Source: a virus (taxonomy: Duplodnaviria; Caudoviricetes). Taken from it: a stretch of DNA of 28,778 nucleotides. Both the position numbers and the translations under genes were made by a program. The notes under the pieces are model-generated. The model did no database searches. It was not told the origin of the DNA and was given only the letters and a program-made list of their open reading frames with translations. The DNA lies in IMG/VR virus record IMGVR_UViG_3300027857_000049, positions 1 to 28,778 of that record; one strand, written 5' to 3'. This document shows, piece after piece, positions 7,634-14,604 of this stretch; the stretch's first letter is position 1; each line of letters starts with the position of its first letter.

Positions 7634-7789
7634 CTATGCCTTTCTGAGTGGCTTTGATTCTTTTACCGCTGCTTCCATTGCGTGCTGGGCGCAAAGGGCT
7701 GTCCCCTTAAACCATGTGACTGAATCCTTGATGCGCGTGCTCACCGATTCTTTCCCCGCAAGCTGGACGACACATTGAAAACACTTCAC
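7634..7789 (-). CDS. 51-aa CxxC...CxxH zinc-finger micro-protein
   Basis: MKCFQCVVQLAGKESVSTRIKDSVTWFKGTALCAQHAMEAAVKESKPLRKA*. GTGA overlap with GAGGT SD. Confidence 0.6.
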   Translation of the reverse strand: MKCFQCVVQLAGKESVSTRIKDSVTWFKGTALCAQHAMEAAVKESKPLRKA

Positions 7790-7920
7790 GATTCCACCTC
7801 TTCCAAGTCATCTTCTGGCCCTACTACGATTGCAGCGTCACCGATGAATACGATTTCCTTGTCAGCGTCTTCAGCTTCAAAGGTAAAAACCGAATCTCTA
7901 TCGCAGACTACGATTTTCAT
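7786..7920 (-). CDS. 44-aa acidic hypothetical protein
   Basis: MKIVVCDRDSVFTFEAEDADKEIVFIGDAAIVVGPEDDLEEVES*. ATGA overlap with the connector stop. Confidence 0.55.
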   Translation of the reverse strand: MKIVVCDRDSVFTFEAEDADKEIVFIGDAAIVVGPEDDLEEVES

Positions 7921-8813
7921 CCCGTCATTCTCCGGTACTTGTAGATTATTGTCTTACAGTCGTCGTCCATTTCCCAAGTCCCGTAAGTTACTGTCCCGGC
8001 CCCCTGAGCGAGCGCTCTTGACTTCTGCCCGATCCAGCCGCGTCTTACATAATTGAGAGCTACGGTTTTGCGCGTTGCCATCTCGAGGTCTGGCGGGACG
8101 CCGTTGAAGCCTGCTGTGTAAACGATTTCTACATTCTGGATTCCCGGCGAGAATCCACCGCCGTACATGAACGAAGAGCCTACGCCTTGCGAACGATAGT
8201 TCTGAAATGTCGCGACTGTCTGATTCATGCCCCCGCGCAGAGAAATGAATTTGCCGTCTCCGTCCACGACCCATCCAGGCGTATTCACATTCGTTGATTG
8301 CGGTACTGCAAGGCCATTGATGTTCACAGACGCGACTGCGGTGACCGGCCAGTTGTTCACTTGCTGTCTTGGTGTGCCGCTGCCGTCGTAGACTTCATCG
8401 TATTGGACGGGTTGGACAAAAGGCGATTCGGTTGGGAAGCTTCCGTTCTGCGGGCCTCGGCTTGTCAGATAAAGAACGTAGTCTGAAAATGCCGTGATGC
8501 AATCTTGGATCTGTTGATCGTCCGTCGTGGGATTCACATAGTTCAAAAGAATTGCTTGCCCTGCATCTGCGGCTGCGAAGTAATACTCTCCATCTAAAAA
8601 TACGTATTGCCCCGCTGAGGGAGCTGTGGCGACTGAAGCCAGAGCTTTTCCGTTCGCGTAAGAAACTGCAAGATCGTATTGAGCGTTCGGGTTGATGACG
8701 TATGGCGACGAGGCGGGAATGTCTGCGGAACTGTTCAGCACGATGCCAGCATTAGCCCACTGCTTTACAGCGAGGAGAGTTGAAAGGTCAATCGCGTTTG
8801 GCGTGGGAGTCAA
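7917..8813 (-). CDS. Head-tail connector/adaptor (gp6/gp15-like) with an inserted domain
   Basis: DLSTLLAVK N-terminus, YDEVYDGSG, WPVTAVASV and GIQNVEIVYTAGFNGVPPDLEMA. Follows the capsid gene. TTG start. Confidence 0.8.
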   Translation of the reverse strand: MTPTPNAIDLSTLLAVKQWANAGIVLNSSADIPASSPYVINPNAQYDLAVSYANGKALASVATAPSAGQYVFLDGEYYFAAADAGQAILLNYVNPTTDDQQIQDCITAFSDYVLYLTSRGPQNGSFPTESPFVQPVQYDEVYDGSGTPRQQVNNWPVTAVASVNINGLAVPQSTNVNTPGWVVDGDGKFISLRGGMNQTVATFQNYRSQGVGSSFMYGGGFSPGIQNVEIVYTAGFNGVPPDLEMATRKTVALNYVRRGWIGQKSRALAQGAGTVTYGTWEMDDDCKTIIYKYRRMTG

Positions 8814-8886
8814 TTTTTTTAGGGCGAGCCCTGCGCCAGCCGAGCCCGCCCCGCCTTCCCCTCGTTCCCGATCTTAATTCGCGGAA

Positions 8887-8895
8887 ACAATACCA
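8887..8895 (-). promoter_or_regulatory. Extended -10 element upstream of the connector gene
   Basis: TG-G-TATTGT just downstream of the capsid terminator. Confidence 0.4.
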
Positions 8896-8905
8896 CGAAA
8901 CCGCT

Positions 8906-8940
8906 AAAACAAAAAGAGCCGCCCCGATTGCGAGCGGCTC
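8906..8940 (-). terminator. Rho-independent terminator after the major capsid gene
   Basis: GAGCCGC-N11-GCGGCTC followed by TTTTTGTTTT on the minus strand. Confidence 0.8.
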
Positions 8941-8966
8941 CTTTCATTTGTCTGGGGGAACAAACT

Positions 8967-10892
8967 TTAAGTTGCGACTCCGGTGATGCCAGTCCGCACT
9001 GTCAAGAACGCCGGGATGTAGTCGCCGTAGACCTCATGGACGTAAGTCCCGAAAGTCCAAGCGCGGGTCGTGATCGGCCACTCAATGCCGTAATAATCTC
9101 TTTGGACGAACATGCCAGCTACGCCAGGAATCCGCGAAGATGGATATGGGTTTGTGTTCCGGCGATAGACCATCGTGCCCACCGGCAGCATCGGGTGAAT
9201 CCTGATCGGAATTTCTTCCGAGCCGGTGTCCTTCATCGAGTACAGAGACTTGTATCCGCTGACCGTGAAGCCGCCCAGGATGTTTCCCTGAGAGTCGCGA
9301 GACACTTCAAACCGATAAGCAGGGACTCCAGAAGTGTTCGTGAACAGAGCCGCTTGGATATTCCGCTTCACATCTGCCGAACACCAGATTTCGTCTGCGA
9401 CAGATTGCAAGACGTTCCACTGTTGTTCGAGGTCGTATTCGATTTCGGCCACAGCCGGAACGGAATTCTGTCCGCTGGCCATGCCGGGATTCAGCAAGCC
9501 GGTATTGGTCGCCTTTGTTACCGGCGAAGTCGCGGTCAGATCGCTCATGTTGATGACGGTGCCGTTGTTCACGGCCCAAGCGAGGATTCCGGCGAAGTCC
9601 AGGACTTCGTAAGAATTGTCGGTGGTCGCCCCGGTGAAAGCCGCGGTCTGCGCGCCAGGTGTCGCATTGCCGAGGTAGATGTAAGGCGTGGTCGTGATCG
9701 CCGTCAGATAAGCATTGGCCTTCGCCGGTGTCGTGGCGTCGGTGACATCCACGTACCAAGCCCATGCGAAAGCGCCCTTCTTCGGGACTACCTTCGCTAG
9801 AACGAAAGGCGTGGCTGTCAGAGCTTCCGATACGTTCGAGGCCGCGCTGATCGCGCCCATGCCGCCCTTGATCGTGTTGGTCGTCGAGTCGGCGTTGGTT
9901 CGCGTGTAGCTGGCGACAAGACCGTTTGCCACTGTCGGCGCTGCCTGATAACCATACTGAGCATTGTTCGGGTCGCCCAGCATGGTCAACTCGACAACGT
10001 AGACCGAGACGAAAGTTGAATCTGCAAATCCCGCTCCACCGTCTGAGGTGTAGCCAGCCGGCACTGAAGCCGCCACAGAAGTCGAGGGAGTGTTGGCGGT
10101 GCCAAGAGCAAACCCATTCAAGCCGGAGCCGGTGCCAGGATTGCCACCCCAGATGATTGATTCCTCCTGCAGCCAGAGTTCGTGCGCGCCGCGAAGATGC
10201 TCGTCTGCGACGTTATCGGTGTACCCTTCACCTGCAAATTCTGCGGTGAAAGTCACCGATCGCTCAACGCCCAGTTCCGCGTAAGTCGCAACGGCATTGT
10301 TCTCGTTCGGGGAAGCGGTCGCAACGCGCTCGCCTTCGAGTGCGCCTGCGTAAGAAGTGCCGGGCGAGAGGTAGGTATATTTCCAGTTGGCCGCGGTGCC
10401 GTAACCTGCATTGACCTTTCCCCAGCGCGCGAGTTGGTTCCGCATCGGGGTGTTGACGGGGTAAATTAAATATGCGGGGCCGCGCAAATCGTAAAAATTG
10501 TATCCGGTGGAAGTCGTGAGTCCGGCCTTCATCATTCGCTGCCGGTAGTCCTCGACCAAGCCCTTCATCATGTCGTTCACGATGGCCGAGCGGTTGTCAA
10601 ATTCAACGGTGTACTTCGCCATCGCTGCGTTGAATTCCGCTTCGCTGCCGACGCGCTCGCCACGCATCGGAGCCTTGTACTGAATCCATTCGTTGATGCC
10701 GTCGCGAAGTCGTTTGAGGTCGCTGACACCCTGGGCATACTTGCGGAGCTGTTCTTTCCGTTCGTCGCGCCAGCCTTTGATGACGTTGTTCCGCATGACG
10801 GCTTGCTGGTCTGCGACGTACTGATCGGCAATCGGCCCGGCGTAGGTGCCCATCGTGCCGCGTTCCATTCCGCTGTAAGAGCGTCGATTCAT
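8967..10892 (-). CDS. Major capsid protein (large, with N-terminal propeptide and internal insertion)
   Basis: 641 aa from ATG 10892 (GGAGG SD 8 nt upstream). YDLRGPAYLIYPVNTPMRN, LQEESIIWGGN, IRIHPMLPVGT and FGTYVHEV motifs. Follows the protease/scaffold and is followed by a terminator. Confidence 0.85.
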   Translation of the reverse strand: MNRRSYSGMERGTMGTYAGPIADQYVADQQAVMRNNVIKGWRDERKEQLRKYAQGVSDLKRLRDGINEWIQYKAPMRGERVGSEAEFNAAMAKYTVEFDNRSAIVNDMMKGLVEDYRQRMMKAGLTTSTGYNFYDLRGPAYLIYPVNTPMRNQLARWGKVNAGYGTAANWKYTYLSPGTSYAGALEGERVATASPNENNAVATYAELGVERSVTFTAEFAGEGYTDNVADEHLRGAHELWLQEESIIWGGNPGTGSGLNGFALGTANTPSTSVAASVPAGYTSDGGAGFADSTFVSVYVVELTMLGDPNNAQYGYQAAPTVANGLVASYTRTNADSTTNTIKGGMGAISAASNVSEALTATPFVLAKVVPKKGAFAWAWYVDVTDATTPAKANAYLTAITTTPYIYLGNATPGAQTAAFTGATTDNSYEVLDFAGILAWAVNNGTVINMSDLTATSPVTKATNTGLLNPGMASGQNSVPAVAEIEYDLEQQWNVLQSVADEIWCSADVKRNIQAALFTNTSGVPAYRFEVSRDSQGNILGGFTVSGYKSLYSMKDTGSEEIPIRIHPMLPVGTMVYRRNTNPYPSSRIPGVAGMFVQRDYYGIEWPITTRAWTFGTYVHEVYGDYIPAFLTVRTGITGVAT

Positions 10893-10942
10893 TTTCCCAT
10901 CCTCCAAGAACCTGAATTATCAGCAACTCGAAACTTGAAAAG

Positions 10943-11440
10943 TTAGTAAGGCGATGTCGCTGCGACTACTGCATCGCGGGCTTCTGCCCTCTTGACGAGT
11001 TCGCCGCTGTCTCGCGGCACGATCCGCAATTTCTGCGTTTCCGGCAATTCCCCGATGGCCTTCTTCACGGCCTCATCGACGCGCTTCTGCATCTCTTCGG
11101 CGCTGATTCCGGCTTTGCTGTCGTCGGTCGTTTCAACTTTCGTGAGGTCTGCGAGCAAAGACTTAATCGCCTTATCCGCTTCCTTCTCGTCGTCGCCCAT
11201 CACGGCCTTGCAAGCCTTCATGCACTTGTCGAGGTGTGCAGAATGCTTTTCGTGCATCGACGCCATTGACTCGTGGGCTTTCATCATCCCGTCGTGGTGT
11301 GCCTTCGCTGTTTCCAGATGGGAGTGCAGCGCAGCGATGCCGTGCTTGGCCTTTTCCACAATGTCGGTCTTCTCGAATTCCTCGACCGTGACGCCCAAGG
11401 CGTCGGCGCATTTCTTAATCTGTTCAGCGGTTAGCTTCAT
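10943..11440 (-). CDS. Putative nested in-frame scaffolding protein
   Basis: Internal AAGGAG SD (11450-11455) lies 9 nt before the in-frame ATG 11440 (MKLTAEQIKK...), giving 165 aa. Confidence 0.5.
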   Translation of the reverse strand: MKLTAEQIKKCADALGVTVEEFEKTDIVEKAKHGIAALHSHLETAKAHHDGMMKAHESMASMHEKHSAHLDKCMKACKAVMGDDEKEADKAIKSLLADLTKVETTDDSKAGISAEEMQKRVDEAVKKAIGELPETQKLRIVPRDSGELVKRAEARDAVVAATSPY

Positions 11441-12397
11441 CGGGCTTTGCTCCTTTGCTGCGGATAGTTTTCCCATAAGTTCGGCTACAACTGCGGATAT
11501 TTTTGTTAAGCCTGTGTCTAATTCTGAATCATCGAGAAGATTGAGTTTTTCCAGTTCCGCGAGAATCGCCTTCGAGGACGGCGGTTCCATGCCCTCTTGA
11601 CGGTAGATTTCTTTCAGGTGTGCAATCGCTTCTTCTTTGCCAGGGCCTTCGTATTTGTTCCCACGATAGCCGCCGTGCAGAGCGGCCCAGGCTGCGCCCA
11701 TGTGCGAATGAGAAGGCTTGCCGGATTCGTCGGTGTAAGGCAAATGCTTTCCATCTGGCACCAAATACTTCACGCCCTTCGAGAGAGATTCAGCAAGAGA
11801 CCTTGCGATTCGCGCAATGTCCTCATCGGATAGATTCGTCATCTGCGATTCTTTCATCTTCCGCAGAATCTTTTCTTCTTCCGGGCCGGGCTTCGCGAAC
11901 TTGCGGAGTTCGGTTGTGCCGTCAGCTTTCACATACGAAAAACTTGCTTCAGGATTGGCTCCCCGGTCAACATAGCTGATCTCATTGATCGTCGGGCCGT
12001 AGCGTTCATATTCGCCTTCCGGCTTTCGCCAGGCGTACGACCCACCGATGGAATGAGCAGTTAGAAAGCCGCCTTTGAGCAGATGCCACACTTCATCGTT
12101 TGCAGGTTCCGAACCGACCCAGACCTGTTTTTCTGCGTCTTTGTATTCGATCTTGATTGCCTTGCCGCCGATCTGGAGCTGGTGCATGACGCGCATGTTT
12201 CCAAGTGAAGGGTCTTGGCCAGCGGCTGTCGTCTTTGCGAGAGTCTCGTCAGACCATTTCTGGATTGCGGCCTTGGCGAAAGCATAATCGCAGATTTCTT
12301 TGTCGCTGTCGGGCGCTTCAGATGTGACGAGTCCCCAGACCATGTGCGCGGACTCGTCCACTTTTAGAAGCGGAAAGTATTTTAGAAGCGGTTCCAC
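10943..12397 (-). CDS. Prohead protease (XkdF/HK97-like) fused to a scaffold region
   Basis: Likely start GTG 12397 (484 aa). KVDESAHMVWGLVTSEAPDSDKEI, RVMHQ, HSIGG and EISYVDRGANPEA protease motifs. Charged helical C-terminus. Confidence 0.85.
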   Translation of the reverse strand: MEPLLKYFPLLKVDESAHMVWGLVTSEAPDSDKEICDYAFAKAAIQKWSDETLAKTTAAGQDPSLGNMRVMHQLQIGGKAIKIEYKDAEKQVWVGSEPANDEVWHLLKGGFLTAHSIGGSYAWRKPEGEYERYGPTINEISYVDRGANPEASFSYVKADGTTELRKFAKPGPEEEKILRKMKESQMTNLSDEDIARIARSLAESLSKGVKYLVPDGKHLPYTDESGKPSHSHMGAAWAALHGGYRGNKYEGPGKEEAIAHLKEIYRQEGMEPPSSKAILAELEKLNLLDDSELDTGLTKISAVVAELMGKLSAAKEQSPMKLTAEQIKKCADALGVTVEEFEKTDIVEKAKHGIAALHSHLETAKAHHDGMMKAHESMASMHEKHSAHLDKCMKACKAVMGDDEKEADKAIKSLLADLTKVETTDDSKAGISAEEMQKRVDEAVKKAIGELPETQKLRIVPRDSGELVKRAEARDAVVAATSPY

Positions 12398-12443
12398 GAG
12401 AATGAGGGTAACAGAGCGCCCTAGTCCGATGGGGTGAATGTGC

Positions 12444-12734
12444 TCAAAACGGCAATTCGTTGCGCGAGTGAACTTCAAACTTCTGAAGCAGATTTGAGAC
12501 GTGAAATTTTACGGTGCGGATTGTGATCGAAAGAGCGGCAGCGATTTCTTTGTTTGAATGTTCCCGCACCATGTCCGCGACTTGAGCCTGGCGCGCTGAA
12601 AGAGTATTCGTACCGGCGCGTGTCTTTATTTCCATTCTCGCTTCGTGGCGAAGCCTGCGGAGCCTGGTCTGTGTGCGAGCAATAGAATCCTCTGCCTTTT
12701 CAATCGCAGAGACGAGTCTTTCCAGACGTGACAT
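12444..12734 (-). CDS. LuxR/GerE-type HTH protein with N-terminal coiled coil
   Basis: LSARQAQVADMVREHSNKEIAAALSITIRTVKFHVSNLLQKFEVHSR. Start ATG 12734 lies 1 nt after the upstream stop. Confidence 0.85.
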   Translation of the reverse strand: MSRLERLVSAIEKAEDSIARTQTRLRRLRHEARMEIKTRAGTNTLSARQAQVADMVREHSNKEIAAALSITIRTVKFHVSNLLQKFEVHSRNELPF

Positions 12735-12735
12735 T

Positions 12736-14604
12736 CTACTTCCCGCCGAGAGCTGCAATGACCGCTCCGAATGTCGAGAGGAATAGATGGTCGCCCTTCA
12801 CTGCCCGGAAGTTCACGCCTGATATGTTCGCCCCATTGATGAGCACAGATGATCTGCCCGGAGTGAAAGACTGCCCGGCCAAAGACGGTGTGATGATATA
12901 GAAGCCATTCGCTAGACCTGTGATCGAATAGTTTCCCGATCCGTCGGCGACAACTGAGCCCGATGATGGGCCGCTGTAGGAAACGGTTGCTCCCGCTATT
13001 CCTGCACTACCAGAAATCGAGAATCCCGATGCGATTGGCGGCGCAGCTTGAACGCTCCCGCCCTTCCAAGCCGAGATAGTAGCGGCATTGGCAGTTGATC
13101 CGCCAAGCGCCAAGAGTCCGGCTGAACCGCCGCTCGGAATATCGGTATCGTTAAAAATAAATATGAGTGCTTCGTTCTGGTAGATAAGAATGTTGCTTCC
13201 GATAACAACAGCGGTCAGTTCGTCGTCATCGTTGACGGTCATGGTTCCGCCTGCGATGGTTTTTAGCGCACCTGCGAAGTATCTCTGCATGAAATAAGTT
13301 CCGGGGCCGCCAGTCGCCGCACCACCCCATGCAAAGTCATAGAAGGTACCCGCATCGGCTCCCGCCACGCGCAAATCAACAGCGACGTAACTTGAGGAAT
13401 TTGTGATTGAGCCTAATTTAATAGTTGCCCACTGGTCATCGGGGAATGATGCTGCATTCCAATAAGAGTCGGCTCGATCTCCTGCAGTGGCGCATTCGTA
13501 TAGGTGGCCTGCAAGTTGACCCGCACTCCAACCGCTACCGTCATAAGCCTGTGTCCAGTTCCCGCCGATTGGATTGGCGTCGGCTCGCTGGAAATTGTCA
13601 GAGCCAAGAGGATTAAGGGTCAGGGATAGTCCACCGGGTGACGGAACATTCTGCACGCCCTCATAAGTCAGCGTGAGGGCAGCGATGGTCATATCCGCAA
13701 TAGCTAGATTGATTGCGTAATCAAACGTAGACCCAGCACCGTTGGCTGTATAAAACATATAAGTCTTGCCAGCAACTTCTAGGATGCAGGGATCGGCGGT
13801 TTGCCCTGTCGGTTTTCCCACACCTTCACTGGCGACCGTACGAGGCAATGTAGCGACACCGAGAGCCGTCCACGGGCCACTTGGAGTAGGAGCAGACCAT
13901 CGCATAATATCGGTTGGCTGTCCCACATTGTTTCCGGCGAACAGCGTGGTTTGTGACCATGCGTAGTATTTTCCATTCGCAAAGGCAAACGTCCAGTTAC
14001 CGGAGCCGTTGTAGGTTGAGCCGTCCAAGAGTGCGCCGGAATCGAACGACGCGACCGGATTGCCGGGGTCTTTCGTCCAGTTGATTCCGTCGGTTGATGT
14101 AGCCAGCCCACCGTAGAAATTTTGATTATCGGGGTTGTTTACTCCTGTGTAGTAGCCGTACCAGATGCCGCTCACCACCGCGCAAACGTTGAGCTGGCAG
14201 ACGAATTTGTTCTCCCAAAGATCCGCGCTCGTTGTTATCGCGTTTGCTTTTGCCAGTGTCCACGTAAGTCCGTCGCTGGATGTGTAAACGCTGATTCCGT
14301 TGGACGAAAATACCTCACCGGGCGTCGTAAATAAGAAATATGTCGAGCCGTGCTTATAAACTCTCGATCCCCAGGCGGGAGCTAAAATCGGATTGCCGCT
14401 GTATTTTGTCCATGCCAGGCCATCGGTTGATTCAGCGTAATTCAGCGCGACTTGCGCCGGGTTGTTCGGCGTTCCGGTCGTGTACCACATCTTGAATACA
14501 TTGCCAGAAAGTATCTGCGCGTTGCCCTCGAAAATAACCGATGGCTGTTCAGGCATGTCAACGCCTGTGATAACGCTGCCCTTGTTTTGCCATACTCCGA
14601 TCAT
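12736..14604 (-). CDS. Multidomain protein: five-bladed beta-propeller glycoside-hydrolase-like, lectin-like and carboxypeptidase-regulatory-like beta-sandwich domains
   Basis: Repeated S/T-x-DG-x-x-W boxes (AESTDGLAWTK, TSSDGLTWT, ATSTDGINWTK), EQPSV and ADPCI blades, DNFQRADANPIGGNWT, and C-terminal ADGSGNYSITGLANGFYIITPS. Confidence 0.65.
   Translation of the reverse strand: MIGVWQNKGSVITGVDMPEQPSVIFEGNAQILSGNVFKMWYTTGTPNNPAQVALNYAESTDGLAWTKYSGNPILAPAWGSRVYKHGSTYFLFTTPGEVFSSNGISVYTSSDGLTWTLAKANAITTSADLWENKFVCQLNVCAVVSGIWYGYYTGVNNPDNQNFYGGLATSTDGINWTKDPGNPVASFDSGALLDGSTYNGSGNWTFAFANGKYYAWSQTTLFAGNNVGQPTDIMRWSAPTPSGPWTALGVATLPRTVASEGVGKPTGQTADPCILEVAGKTYMFYTANGAGSTFDYAINLAIADMTIAALTLTYEGVQNVPSPGGLSLTLNPLGSDNFQRADANPIGGNWTQAYDGSGWSAGQLAGHLYECATAGDRADSYWNAASFPDDQWATIKLGSITNSSSYVAVDLRVAGADAGTFYDFAWGGAATGGPGTYFMQRYFAGALKTIAGGTMTVNDDDELTAVVIGSNILIYQNEALIFIFNDTDIPSGGSAGLLALGGSTANAATISAWKGGSVQAAPPIASGFSISGSAGIAGATVSYSGPSSGSVVADGSGNYSITGLANGFYIITPSLAGQSFTPGRSSVLINGANISGVNFRAVKGDHLFLSTFGAVIAALGGK

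Noticed and set aside
8928-9800. 290-aa + strand ORF and the many other + strand ORFs in the track (e.g. 10992..11600, 23745..24410, 5197..5667)
   Set aside because: They are antisense shadows of clear minus-strand genes, with no motifs or RBS and Arg/Ser-rich non-protein-like composition.
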